Positions 47,270-57,127 of a stretch of 64,000 bases of DNA are shown piece by piece. This DNA is from Candidatus Latescibacterota bacterium (GTDB taxonomy: Bacteria; Latescibacterota; UBA2968). A model generated the notes under the pieces. It saw only the letters and a program-made list of their open reading frames with translations. It was not told the DNA's origin and did not search any database. A program made the position numbers and the translations under genes. The DNA is taken from the NCBI GenBank assembly GCA_965116885.1, contig OZ220741.1, forward strand, positions 3,712,001 to 3,776,000, written 5' to 3'. The first letter of the stretch is position 1. The number at the start of each line of letters is the position of its first letter.

Positions 47270-49423
47270 ATGAATATACGTACTATTTTTGCTTTGTTGT
47301 TTTGTAATTCCCTTTTGGGAAGTATTTCCGAGGCGTCTGATTGGACGCACTGGCGTGGTCCTATGCAAAATGGTGCTTCGCCAGAGACGGGGCTTATCTC
47401 TACATGGTCTCTGGAGGGCGAAAATCTGATCTGGCATCGCGAGTTTATCGGCAGATCGACACCGATTATTGTAAATGGTCGGGTCTATGTTATCGGGCGA
47501 ACCGGCAAAGACATAACCGAGCAGGAGCACATCGCGTGTTTTGATGCGGAAACGGGCGACCTTATTTGGGAAAAAAAGTTCAATGTCTGGCACTCAACCA
47601 TAACCTTCAATCGTTTGGGATGGTCAAGCCTGGGGGCCGATGGCGAGACCGGTAATATTTACGCCCATCTCGTCAGTGGGTTATTGCTCTGTTTTGATAC
47701 CGATGGCTATGTCCAATGGCAGCGGTCTCTAACCGAAGAATTTAACCGATTCTCCGGTTATGGCGGACGGTTGCACACACCCGTTGTCGATGGCGATCTG
47801 GTCATCATCAGCATGGGCAATCGCGGATGGGCTGGCGCACCGCCTTCTCATCGGTATGTTGCCTTTAATAAACACACGGGTGAAACCGCGTGGATGGCTC
47901 GTCCGGGAGGCGGTGGACAGGTTGATTTAACCGTTTACTCGACGCCTGTTGTCACGACAATCGACGGGCAGCGCGTGTTGATTGCCGGTAATGGCAATGG
48001 CGGCATTTTTGCCTTTAAAGTCGCAACGGGCGAAAAAGTATGGGGTTTTCCATTCAGTAAGCGCGGCATCAATACCTCGCCTGTCGTGGCTGATAATCGC
48101 GTTTATGTCGCACATAGCGAAGAAAATGTCGATAATACCTCTCTTGGTCGCGTTGCGTGTTTGGATGCGCGCACGGGCAAAGAAATCTGGCGACAAGACG
48201 GTATGACAGCGGGATATGCCTCGCCAGCGGTTCACGCGGGGCGCGTCTATGTTATAGATAATTCGGCCAATGTGCATTGTTTGGACGCCAGGACGGGAAA
48301 GCAATATTGGGAGCAAAATATCGGCACTGTGGGCAAGGGATCGCCGACATGGGCCGATGGCAAACTCTATGTTACTGAAGTCAATGGCGGCTTCCAGATT
48401 CTCAAAACGAACAATATGGATGCGGAAGTGCTCGACAAAAAGAAAATCGCTATGCCCGAAGGTGGGCATGCCGAGATCTACGGGTCTGTCGCAGTTGCGT
48501 ATCGCCGCATCTATTTTGCGACCGAAGCCGGGTTGTTTTGCCTGGGCGATAAAAACGCGCGATTTGAAGTCACATCTTCTCCTCATACAAAGCACGAAAG
48601 CGCGCCTTCGGGTGCCGAACCCGCATCTATTCTTTCGATTCCGGCTGAGGCGACCATACAACAGGGCGAGGTATTGCCCCTGCGGGCAGAGGCTTATGAC
48701 GAAAAGGGGCGCTTGATCGGCAATGCCGACGTTGAATGGTCATTGAGCGGCCTGGATGGAGAGGTGAAGAACAACCAGTTTGTACCATCCAGAGCGGGGG
48801 GGGGCTGGATCACGGCCAAACTGGGGGAATTAACCCGACAAACCTGGGTGCGCGTGGTGCCCGATGTGCCCTGGACAGAGGATTTTGAAAATGTTGAAGT
48901 CGGCACAAATCCACTGCACTGGGTGTGGGGGGGCAGGGGTTTCGTGGTGGAGGAAAAAGATGGCAATAAGGTGCTGACAAAACCACCGGCTGCACGCGGT
49001 TTAGACCGTTCAAATCTCTATGTGGCGCCGTACAAACTCAGTGGTTATACTATTCAGGCCGATCTGATGGGTACGCAAAACAAGCGGCGACGTCCCGATA
49101 TGGGGCTTGTCGCGCATCGTTATATCCTCGACCTTCAGGGCATTCACCAGCGCCTTGAAGTGCGGTCGTGGTCGTCGGATTTGCGCATGGCAAAACGCAT
49201 TGATTTCCACTGGGATATGGGGGTGTGGTACACCATGAAAATGAGAGTTGATATCGAAGGCGGCAAAGCCATCGTCCGGGGCAAAGTTTGGGAAAAAGGC
49301 GATCCCGAACCCGATGTGTGGAGTATCGAAGTTGAGGATCCCCTGCCGATAGAAGAGGGTAGCCCCGCGCTTTACGGCTATTCACCCGCCACGATTTACT
49401 ACGATAATGTGAAAGTGTGGTAA
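47270..49423 (+). CDS. secreted PQQ-like beta-propeller protein with C-terminal Ig-like and lectin-like beta-sandwich domains
   Basis: Signal peptide, DWTHWRGP, repeated CLDARTG..W blades and an extra C-terminal region (PAEATI...; WTEDFE...). Confidence 0.8.
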   Translation: MNIRTIFALLFCNSLLGSISEASDWTHWRGPMQNGASPETGLISTWSLEGENLIWHREFIGRSTPIIVNGRVYVIGRTGKDITEQEHIACFDAETGDLIWEKKFNVWHSTITFNRLGWSSLGADGETGNIYAHLVSGLLLCFDTDGYVQWQRSLTEEFNRFSGYGGRLHTPVVDGDLVIISMGNRGWAGAPPSHRYVAFNKHTGETAWMARPGGGGQVDLTVYSTPVVTTIDGQRVLIAGNGNGGIFAFKVATGEKVWGFPFSKRGINTSPVVADNRVYVAHSEENVDNTSLGRVACLDARTGKEIWRQDGMTAGYASPAVHAGRVYVIDNSANVHCLDARTGKQYWEQNIGTVGKGSPTWADGKLYVTEVNGGFQILKTNNMDAEVLDKKKIAMPEGGHAEIYGSVAVAYRRIYFATEAGLFCLGDKNARFEVTSSPHTKHESAPSGAEPASILSIPAEATIQQGEVLPLRAEAYDEKGRLIGNADVEWSLSGLDGEVKNNQFVPSRAGGGWITAKLGELTRQTWVRVVPDVPWTEDFENVEVGTNPLHWVWGGRGFVVEEKDGNKVLTKPPAARGLDRSNLYVAPYKLSGYTIQADLMGTQNKRRRPDMGLVAHRYILDLQGIHQRLEVRSWSSDLRMAKRIDFHWDMGVWYTMKMRVDIEGGKAIVRGKVWEKGDPEPDVWSIEVEDPLPIEEGSPALYGYSPATIYYDNVKVW

Positions 49424-49455
49424 TCTTTATAACCCCTTACAGATAAAGGAATAAA

Positions 49456-50883
49456 ATGAAATTGAAACGACTTTTTAGCGGATGTGTCATCGTTGGTTTA
49501 ATCGTATCGACTGGTATTGCCGAAGAGGTTATGTGGGGATTTACCCCGGATCGCAATCTCGTGTCAGACGCAAAGAATTTGCCGATGAACTGGAATGTAG
49601 AAACGGGTGAAAATATCGCCTGGAAAGCAGATCTCGGTTCGCAGTCCTACGCCGGTCCCATCAGGATTGGTGGGAAAATATTCATGGGTACAAATAACCA
49701 GATTGAGCGCAATCCCAAAATTACGGGTGACAAGGGCGTGATCATGGCTTTTCGGGAATCCGATGGAAAATTTCTCTGGCAAGCAGCGCATCCCAAGCTG
49801 CCCGCGGGGCGCGTCAATGACTGGCCACAACAGGGCATTTGCTCCACGCCTTATATTCGCGGAGATCGGATGTATTATATCTCGAATCAATGTCGCGTGG
49901 TGTGCGCAGATACAGAGGGTTTTTTGGATGGGGAAAATGACGGTCCATACACCGGGGAAGAGGATACGAGCGACATCGGTGTGGATATTATCTGGGAATA
50001 CGACATGATGGAAGAACTGGATGTGTTCCCTCACAATCTGGCGACCTGTTCGCCCGTGGGAGCGGGCAATCTCCTGTTTGTCATCACCGCCAATGGTGTT
50101 GACGAAGGTCACATCGCCATCCCTTCGCCTTTATCGCCCAGCTTTATTGCGGTCGATCTCAATACGGGGGAACTGGTATGGGAAAAAGCCTATCCGGGTG
50201 AAAGTATCTTGCACGGGCAGTGGTCCAATCCCGCTTATGGCGTTATCAATGGCAAGCCGCAGGTGATCTGCCCCGGGGGCGATGGCTGGGTTTATTCAGT
50301 GGAACCCGAGACCGGCGACCTGATCTGGAAATTTGACTGCAATCCAAAAGACGCTGTGTGGGAGTTGGGTGGGCGCGGCACGCGCAATGCGATTATTTCT
50401 ACCCCTGTTATTTACGATAACAAGGTTTTTATCGGTGTTGGGCAAGATCCGGAGCACGGCGAGGGTATTGGTCATTTGTGGGCTATTGACGCGACGGGTA
50501 CAGGAGATGTGACGGGAAGCCATGCGGTGTGGCACTTTGGCAATGAAAATTACAACCGTACCATTTCAACGGTGGGCATCAGCGATGGCCTGCTCTATGC
50601 GGCAGACCTGAGTGGGTTTGTCTATTGTCTCGATCTAAAAACCGGCACACAGCACTGGAAATACGATACATTTGCCGCGATATGGGGATCGCCTTTTGTG
50701 GCTGATGGGAAGGTGTATATCGGCGATGAAGATGGCGATGTGGCGATTTTGAAAGCTGGAACCCAATTTGAATTGATCAACGAAATCAATATGGGCAGCG
50801 CCGTATATACCACGCCTATTGCAAAAGATGGCATGCTCTATATTGGCACGCGCAATACGCTGTATGCGATTAAGGGCAAATAG
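49456..50883 (+). CDS. secreted PQQ-like beta-propeller protein
   Basis: Signal peptide, MWGFTPDRN and blade repeats (AVDLNTGELVW, CLDLKTGTQHW). Confidence 0.8.
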   Translation: MKLKRLFSGCVIVGLIVSTGIAEEVMWGFTPDRNLVSDAKNLPMNWNVETGENIAWKADLGSQSYAGPIRIGGKIFMGTNNQIERNPKITGDKGVIMAFRESDGKFLWQAAHPKLPAGRVNDWPQQGICSTPYIRGDRMYYISNQCRVVCADTEGFLDGENDGPYTGEEDTSDIGVDIIWEYDMMEELDVFPHNLATCSPVGAGNLLFVITANGVDEGHIAIPSPLSPSFIAVDLNTGELVWEKAYPGESILHGQWSNPAYGVINGKPQVICPGGDGWVYSVEPETGDLIWKFDCNPKDAVWELGGRGTRNAIISTPVIYDNKVFIGVGQDPEHGEGIGHLWAIDATGTGDVTGSHAVWHFGNENYNRTISTVGISDGLLYAADLSGFVYCLDLKTGTQHWKYDTFAAIWGSPFVADGKVYIGDEDGDVAILKAGTQFELINEINMGSAVYTTPIAKDGMLYIGTRNTLYAIKGK

Positions 50884-50899
50884 AAGAGGTCATTACAAT

Positions 50900-51988
50900 A
50901 TGGAAGTGTTGGCAACATCTTTTGCTGATAAGATCAAAGATGCGCGCGATACCCTCGATGCCCATGTGCGGGATATGGTCGCGTGGCATTTTAATCCCAG
51001 TACGGGATGTCCGTTCTGGCTGGAATTTGCAGCGGAACTGGATTTTGATCCTCGGCGGGAGATCGGTGGATACAGTGACTTGAAATACCTGGGACATTTC
51101 CAGGACGAATGGCTGCGCGGCGGTCCCGTGCGGCGATGGATCCCGCGGGGGAGTGAGGGACAGCGGACCTATGTATTTGAGACAGGCGGCTCAACTGGGG
51201 TTCCCAAATATCGGATCAGCCAAAACGATTTTCAGATCGACTACGAAATGTTCAGCGAGCACCTTTCTGAAGAAACATTTCCAAAGGGAGCGGACTGGTT
51301 GATGTTGGGGCCAACAGGTCCCCGGCGATTGCGTCTGGCTGTCGAATATCTCTGTCAGATTCGCGGTGGGATTTGCTTTCTCGTGGATCTCGATCCGCGA
51401 TGGGTCAACAAGCTGATCAAGCGCGGCGCGCTTCAGGAACTGGAACTCTACAAAGCGCATGTTATCGATCAGGCGCTCACTATTTTGCGCGCGAATGACA
51501 ATGTGAAGTGCATGTTCACGACTCCCAAGCTTCTCGAAGAATTGTGCGAAAAAATTTCTCTTCAAAAAGCCGGGATTAGCGGCATTTTCTGTGGCGGAAC
51601 TGAGATGAATGCACAATTCAATCGCTTTGCGCGAGAAGAGCTTATCCCGGGTGTTGATTTTGTTCCTACCTACGGCAATACCCTGATGGGACTGGCGTAT
51701 TCCAAACCGCTCGAACCCGGAGACAATTACGCGATTACTTATTATCCACCCGTGCCCCGCGCGTTTATCGAACTGGTGAATCCAAATAATCCCGATGAAG
51801 AAGTCGGTTATGACGAAGTCGGGCGCGTGATGCTGACGACGCTTACGAAAGAATTTTTTATGCCCCGCTTTCTCGAACGCGATGAGGCCGAACGCGCCAA
51901 ACCGATTGAAGCCTATCCCTGGGATGGCGTGAGAAATTTGGGTCTGTTCTCCGAGTTGCAGGAATCAGTCGTCGTTGGGGTGTATTAA
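50900..51988 (+). CDS. EhpF/EsmB1-like short adenylating enzyme (LuxE/PaaK-related)
   Basis: WHFNPSTGCPFWL...LDFDP, FETGGSTGVPK (P-loop), GPTGP, YGNT and FFMPRFLERD.A.R resemble phenazine-modifying EhpF. Start trimmed to ATG 50900. Confidence 0.7.
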   Translation: MEVLATSFADKIKDARDTLDAHVRDMVAWHFNPSTGCPFWLEFAAELDFDPRREIGGYSDLKYLGHFQDEWLRGGPVRRWIPRGSEGQRTYVFETGGSTGVPKYRISQNDFQIDYEMFSEHLSEETFPKGADWLMLGPTGPRRLRLAVEYLCQIRGGICFLVDLDPRWVNKLIKRGALQELELYKAHVIDQALTILRANDNVKCMFTTPKLLEELCEKISLQKAGISGIFCGGTEMNAQFNRFAREELIPGVDFVPTYGNTLMGLAYSKPLEPGDNYAITYYPPVPRAFIELVNPNNPDEEVGYDEVGRVMLTTLTKEFFMPRFLERDEAERAKPIEAYPWDGVRNLGLFSELQESVVVGVY

Positions 51989-52010
51989 ATTGGGTGGATC
52001 GTTTATCCTG

Positions 52011-53150
52011 TCAGGGTAACCCCAACTCACGGCAGAAAGTAGAAAATGGCAACACGCGCGTGTTGTCTGTTGCATTGCCAAAATCCTTCGTGCCCAGATG
52101 TACCTGGTAAAATCGCGGAATATCTGTTCGTTCTCTGAAGTATCGACAGGTGGGAGAAGTACCGCACTCACCAGTTTTGCACTCGACGGCAAATTCGGCA
52201 TATCCATCGCGGAGAACGACAAAATCTACCTCGCGCTTGTCGGTATCTCGGATGAAGCGCAATTCCATGTCATGTCCTTCCGTATCTTGGACATAGTGGC
52301 AGTACTTCAGCAAGTGTCCGGCTACCATGTTCTCAAAACGGGCACCGCGGTCTGCTACGCGCGACCAGTCCCAGAAATACAGTTTCTTTTCCTTGCGTAC
52401 AGCTCTTATCCTCTTCGCTCCAAATGGTGGAATGCGATAGCACAGGTACAGCCTTTCAAAGATTGTGAGCCAGCGTTCGACGGTTTCGTAAGCCACTTGT
52501 AAGAGTTTGCTGAGGCTGTTGACCGAAAGCGGGGATCCCACGCAGGCGGGCAGGTGAGACAGTAGCAGGTCCAGCATGGATACCTCTCGCACATTTTCCA
52601 GATCGCGGAGATCTTCATAGATGACTCTTGCGGAATGCTCGCGCAGCCACCTGCGGTGAAAGCGCGTCTCCCCCCTGAGAAAAGGCTCGGGGAAACCGCC
52701 AAATCTGAGCAATTGCACCACGAGCGCGTTATCTGACTCCCGTCCGCGTTCCGTCAGTGTGAAGGGATGAAGACGGTAGTAGTGATATCGCCCCTGCAAA
52801 GAGTCGCCGCCTTTGCGGTAGTAGTCCAGCCGAGCCGAGCCGGTAACGATAAAGGAAATGGATGTCTTGTTTTTGTCGAATAATCCCTTCATTAGATTTC
52901 GCCATTGCGCATACTTGTGAATTTCATCGAAAATGATGCGGGTCTGGCCAGAAGGGAGTCTTCCCGCCAAAATATCCTCGCGATCGGCCAGTACATCCCA
53001 GTTCAGGTAGGCAGGTGACGATTCATTTTGGCTTTGTCCCAGCAGGGAGATTGCGAGTGTTGTTTTTCCAACCTGACGTGGCCCTCCGATGAATATCATC
53101 CTGTCTGCGATATCTGCTTCAATATGATCCGTGATGTAGCGGGGTTCCAT
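52011..53150 (-). CDS. AAA+ ATPase with C-terminal DUF4143 domain
   Basis: GPRQVGKTT, IFDEIH, VTGSA, FGGFPEP, KLYFWD, FENMV, REVDFV and VECK. Confidence 0.9.
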   Translation of the reverse strand: MEPRYITDHIEADIADRMIFIGGPRQVGKTTLAISLLGQSQNESSPAYLNWDVLADREDILAGRLPSGQTRIIFDEIHKYAQWRNLMKGLFDKNKTSISFIVTGSARLDYYRKGGDSLQGRYHYYRLHPFTLTERGRESDNALVVQLLRFGGFPEPFLRGETRFHRRWLREHSARVIYEDLRDLENVREVSMLDLLLSHLPACVGSPLSVNSLSKLLQVAYETVERWLTIFERLYLCYRIPPFGAKRIRAVRKEKKLYFWDWSRVADRGARFENMVAGHLLKYCHYVQDTEGHDMELRFIRDTDKREVDFVVLRDGYAEFAVECKTGECGTSPTCRYFRERTDIPRFYQVHLGTKDFGNATDNTRVLPFSTFCRELGLP

Positions 53151-53171
53151 ACTTATCACCTTTCTCGTATG

Positions 53172-53237
53172 TCGTGAGTATTTTAGACTATACCTTAATA
53201 TACTCACGAGTATTTCAGAGTCAATGTGAAAATACTC
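53172..53237. promoter_or_regulatory. paired GAGTAT/ATACTC inverted repeats upstream of the AAA-DUF4143 gene (operator-like)
   Basis: TCGTGAGTAT (53172)...ATACTCACGA (53200) and GAGTATTT (53208)...AAATACTC (53230). Confidence 0.5.
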
Positions 53238-53395
53238 TTATATCTCATTGTGCTTGCTTTTACCGGGACAAAAAGCTATTTTTTTATGCTATTCGCGAGC
53301 TAAAGCCTCACTTGGAGATGATTTAGTGGTTATATAAATTTCTTTTTTGAATGTTGCAGAGAAGCGATCATTAGTCTTTTAAAGAGGCGAAATAC

Positions 53396-54820
53396 ATGAT
53401 TCACTTACCCATTTTACGCGCGGGGGAACCGTACACGAGCTTAAGCGTTCAGGAAGTGTCGCATATTCAAACTGGCGAGCCGCTCGTTCAGGTCAGTCAG
53501 GCAAATCGGGGGCTGGTTGCGAAAGACTTAAATGCAGCGGCGGCGAACAAACGGGTGCTCGACAGGCTGAGTGTATCCGAACTCGTGGGCATAACCCGCG
53601 AAGCCGCGCGCTTATTTGCAGAAGCCGATTTGCCCATTGGCGATCATATCCAGACGCCCGATGACTATGTCAAACAGGTGTCTGGTACAACGGGTATGCC
53701 CGAGGCTCTCTGCCGCGCGAATATGGAAAAGATTCAACTCGTGTGTACGGAGATCGAAGCTATTTTAGGTGGTCTCACGCGCGGGTTAGACCTCGCTGTG
53801 TTCGATGAGGGCTGGTACAATCAGGATGGTCGCTCTCTCAGCTATATATGTCAGGCCGATGCCCTCGGGGCTATATTGCCGAGCAATTCGCCGGGAGTAC
53901 ATGCGCTTTGGGTTCCGTCTATACCGCTCAAGGTGCCCCTTGTTCTAAAACCCGGGCGCGAAGAGCCCTGGACGCCTTTTCGAATTGCACAGGCGTTTAT
54001 AGAAGCGGGGTGCCCGCCAGAAGCGTTTGGGTTCTATCCGACGGATCACGGTGGTGCCACTGAAATTTTGCTTCGCTGCGGTCGCTCCATGCTCTTTGGG
54101 GGCGGGGCGACGGTCGCGCCCTGGCTGAGCGATCCCCGCGTGGAAATCCACGGGCCTGGGCAGAGTAAGGTCATTATTGGCGAAGATGTGATAGACCGCT
54201 GGGAGGACTATCTCGACATCGCGGTTGCCTCAATTGCTGCAAATGGCGGTCGCTCTTGCATCAATGCGTCGGGCGTGTGGGTTCCCGCGCATGGTCGAGA
54301 AATTGCCGAAGCACTCGCAGAGCGATTGGCAAAAGTAGTCGGGAGACCTCTGGATGATCCGGAAGCGCAGATCGCGGCATTTACCAATCCCACATTTGCC
54401 GATCAAATTTCGACAGCGATAGACATTCATCTAAAAACTCCAGGGGCTGAAGATTTGACTGAAAAATTGCGCGGTGATCGGCTGGTCGAGATCGATAGAT
54501 TGAAATTCTTAAATCCCACGGTTGTCTGGTGCGATGATTTTGAACATCCTCTTGCAAATACCGAATATCTGTTCCCTTATGCGAGTGTGGTCGAAGTTCC
54601 GCAGTCGGAAATTCTGGACGAGATTGGACCGAGTCTCGTGGTGACAGCAATAACAGAGGACAGTGCATTTATCGACAAATTGCTCAATTCGCCCCATGTG
54701 GAAAGACTCAATGTGGGCGAGATTCCCACGCATCAGATTTCATGGGATCAACCGCACGAGGGCAATTTGTTCGAACACCTGTATCGGCAGCGCGCGCTGC
54801 AATGGGCGAAACAGGCATAG
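53396..54820 (+). CDS. aldehyde dehydrogenase-fold acyl reductase (EhpG/EsmB2/LuxC-like)
   Basis: LPSNSPGVHALW, KPGREEPWTP.R, FYPTDH, HGPGQSKV, NGGRSCINAS (catalytic Cys), EYLFP and PHEG. Confidence 0.75.
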   Translation: MIHLPILRAGEPYTSLSVQEVSHIQTGEPLVQVSQANRGLVAKDLNAAAANKRVLDRLSVSELVGITREAARLFAEADLPIGDHIQTPDDYVKQVSGTTGMPEALCRANMEKIQLVCTEIEAILGGLTRGLDLAVFDEGWYNQDGRSLSYICQADALGAILPSNSPGVHALWVPSIPLKVPLVLKPGREEPWTPFRIAQAFIEAGCPPEAFGFYPTDHGGATEILLRCGRSMLFGGGATVAPWLSDPRVEIHGPGQSKVIIGEDVIDRWEDYLDIAVASIAANGGRSCINASGVWVPAHGREIAEALAERLAKVVGRPLDDPEAQIAAFTNPTFADQISTAIDIHLKTPGAEDLTEKLRGDRLVEIDRLKFLNPTVVWCDDFEHPLANTEYLFPYASVVEVPQSEILDEIGPSLVVTAITEDSAFIDKLLNSPHVERLNVGEIPTHQISWDQPHEGNLFEHLYRQRALQWAKQA

Positions 54821-54823
54821 GAG

Positions 54824-55939
54824 ATGAAAGCATTTGATTTTTATCCCACTACACGCGTGGTGTTTGGGGAGGGCACGCTCGCGCAGTTGGGGAAACTATC
54901 AGAAAAATTGGGCGGTAGCCGTATTCTTTTTGTGACCGATCCAGGGATTGTAAGTGCCGGGCTTGCAGACCGTGCGATTGCGGTGCTTCAGCGCGCTTCC
55001 CTGGATTTTTTTGTATTTGATGGTGTGGATGAAAATCCCACGACCGCGCACATTGGGGCCGGTGTCGCGTTCGCAAAATCGCGTGGAAATATTGATTTGA
55101 TCGTCGGTATGGGTGGGGGGAGCGCGATGGATTGCGCTAAGGGAATCAATTTTATCCTGACCAACGGCGGTCAGATGGAAGATTATTGGGGTATGGGCCA
55201 TGCGGTAAAACCCATGTTGCCTTCTATCGGGATTCCAACGACTGCGGGTACAGGGAGTGAAGCACAGTCCTACGCGCTTATTTCCGATGCAAAAACGCAT
55301 GTCAAGATGGCCTACGGCGATCTGAAAGCGCGATTTCGAAGTGTTATTCTCGATCCGTCACTGGTCGAAAGTGTGCCGAAAAAAGTCGCAGCAGCAGCGG
55401 GTATAGACGCCATTGCACACGCTATCGAAAGTTATGTTTGCACGCGCCGGAATGCCATTTCTATGATGTTCTCGCAAAAGGCGTGGCAATTGCTTTCATC
55501 GAGTTTTGAAAGCGTGCTGAAGGATGCTTCCGATAGCGAGGCGAGGGGAAAAATGCTTTTGGGGGCGCACTTTGCCGGCGCGGCTGTTGAGAATGCCATG
55601 TTGGGTGCCGCACATGCGTGTGCCAATCCATTGACCGCGCATTTTGGTATTACACATGGTGTTGCTGTGGCACTTATGCTACCCGCTGTCGTCCAATTTA
55701 ATGGAGAAACCGCAGGCACGCGCTATCGTGGACTTGGATCCGATGTTGATGAACTCGTCGAGAAGGTCGTTTTTCTGAAAGAATGTGCAAATCTGCCTTT
55801 TCAACTGCGCGACCTCGGTGTAGCACATGACAGCCTCCCAACACTGGCAAAAGATGCAACTGAACAATGGACAGGTACGTTTAATCCGAGACCTGTGGAT
55901 GAAGATGATTTTTTTGTCCTTTACGAATCTGTGTATTGA
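54824..55939 (+). CDS. iron-containing alcohol dehydrogenase
   Basis: GGGSAMDCAK, IPTTAGTGSE, DAIAHAIE, HACANPL and HGVAV. Confidence 0.92.
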   Translation: MKAFDFYPTTRVVFGEGTLAQLGKLSEKLGGSRILFVTDPGIVSAGLADRAIAVLQRASLDFFVFDGVDENPTTAHIGAGVAFAKSRGNIDLIVGMGGGSAMDCAKGINFILTNGGQMEDYWGMGHAVKPMLPSIGIPTTAGTGSEAQSYALISDAKTHVKMAYGDLKARFRSVILDPSLVESVPKKVAAAAGIDAIAHAIESYVCTRRNAISMMFSQKAWQLLSSSFESVLKDASDSEARGKMLLGAHFAGAAVENAMLGAAHACANPLTAHFGITHGVAVALMLPAVVQFNGETAGTRYRGLGSDVDELVEKVVFLKECANLPFQLRDLGVAHDSLPTLAKDATEQWTGTFNPRPVDEDDFFVLYESVY

Positions 55940-55941
55940 TC

Positions 55942-56022
55942 CGCAGATGGGCGCAGATGGAAGGCTTTTATGCACACACATGATGAAACAGGTAACAACG
56001 TAACCCTCTGTGTTCATCTGTG
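55942..56022 (+). repeat. CGCAGAT-type inverted repeat (16-bp RNA stem) overlapping the start of the next gene
   Basis: CGCAGATGGGCGCAGA pairs with TCTGTGTTCATCTGTG, and all four mismatches are G-U pairs. A related single arm is at 33770-33786. Confidence 0.6.
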
Positions 56023-57127
56023 TAAAACGCTCAAATTATTCGCTGTCTTCTTTTTGGGTTTATTTTTCATTCCCGTCCAGGCAGAAGAATGGAGCCGATT
56101 TCGCGGGGATGCACAATCTACGGGTGTTGCAAATAGCAGCCTGCCCGCTGAACTGGATGTGTTGTGGACAGCGCAAGTCGAAATAGGGATTGAATCCACC
56201 GCCGCAATTTGGCAAGACGCGGTGTATGTGGGCGGGTTGGATGAAAAGCTGTATGCTTTTGATTTTGATAGCGGTGCGATCAAGTGGACGTATGTGGCTA
56301 CGGGTGAGATCAAATCATCGCCACTGGTTTTTGAAAAAACCGTGTTTTTCGGCGATGGCAATGGCGTTTTTCACGCTGTTGATGCACAAACAGGTAATGC
56401 ATTGTGGACGTTTCAAACGGATGGGGAGATTATCTCGTCGGCAAATGCAACCGGGGGGCGCATCCTGTTTGGGTCTTATGATCAGTTCTTATATTGCCTC
56501 GCGCCGGACGATGGGTCTTTGTTGTGGAAGATAGAAACGGATGGTTATGTTCACGGCATGCCAGCTATCGCACAAGCGCATACGCTGATCGCGGGGTGTG
56601 ATGGCCTTTTGCGCGTTATCGATATTGCCAGCGGAAAAGAGCAATCGCAAATTGAACTCGGTGCTTATGTGGGTGCCAGCGCAGCCGTTCATCAGACGCG
56701 GGCTTATGTGGGGACTTATGAAAGCCAGGTCTTGTGCCTTGACTTAACGGCAAAAGAAATTGTCTGGCGATACGAACATCCGCAGCGAAAATTGCCCTAT
56801 TTTGCATCGCCATCCATAACTCCTGAGCGGGTTATTGTTGCAGGGCGCGACAAAATGGTTCACGCGCTTGATCCCGATACGGGCGATGTTTTGTGGACTT
56901 ACACGTCCCGATCCCGATTTGAAGCATCTCCGGTTGTGGTGGGTGATCGCGTTTTTGCAGGGACCTCAGGTGGCAAAATCGTGGCATTAAATATCGAGAC
57001 CAGTGAACTCGATTGGGAATTTGTGACCGGATCGGAATTTGTTGCCTCGCCCAGTGTGGCGCGCGAGCGACTGATTATTGGCACGACAGACGGCACGTTA
57101 TATTGTTTTGGAAAGGCGGAAGAATGA
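55970..57127 (+). CDS. secreted PQQ-like (BamB-like) beta-propeller protein
   Basis: Hydrophobic signal ending VQA-EEWSRFRGD, then regular A.D..TG...W...T.GEI.SS blades. Confidence 0.82.
   Translation: MHTHDETGNNVTLCVHLCKTLKLFAVFFLGLFFIPVQAEEWSRFRGDAQSTGVANSSLPAELDVLWTAQVEIGIESTAAIWQDAVYVGGLDEKLYAFDFDSGAIKWTYVATGEIKSSPLVFEKTVFFGDGNGVFHAVDAQTGNALWTFQTDGEIISSANATGGRILFGSYDQFLYCLAPDDGSLLWKIETDGYVHGMPAIAQAHTLIAGCDGLLRVIDIASGKEQSQIELGAYVGASAAVHQTRAYVGTYESQVLCLDLTAKEIVWRYEHPQRKLPYFASPSITPERVIVAGRDKMVHALDPDTGDVLWTYTSRSRFEASPVVVGDRVFAGTSGGKIVALNIETSELDWEFVTGSEFVASPSVARERLIIGTTDGTLYCFGKAEE

Noticed and set aside
53238..53395. Riboswitch or ncRNA upstream of the ALDH-like gene
   Set aside because: It is an AT-rich spacer with no recognisable aptamer consensus. 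An Rfam scan would be needed to exclude it fully.
50900..54820. Phenazine biosynthetic cluster or lux operon
   Set aside because: No phzA/B/D/E/F/G or luxA/B/D genes are visible. Only the acid-reducing module is present.
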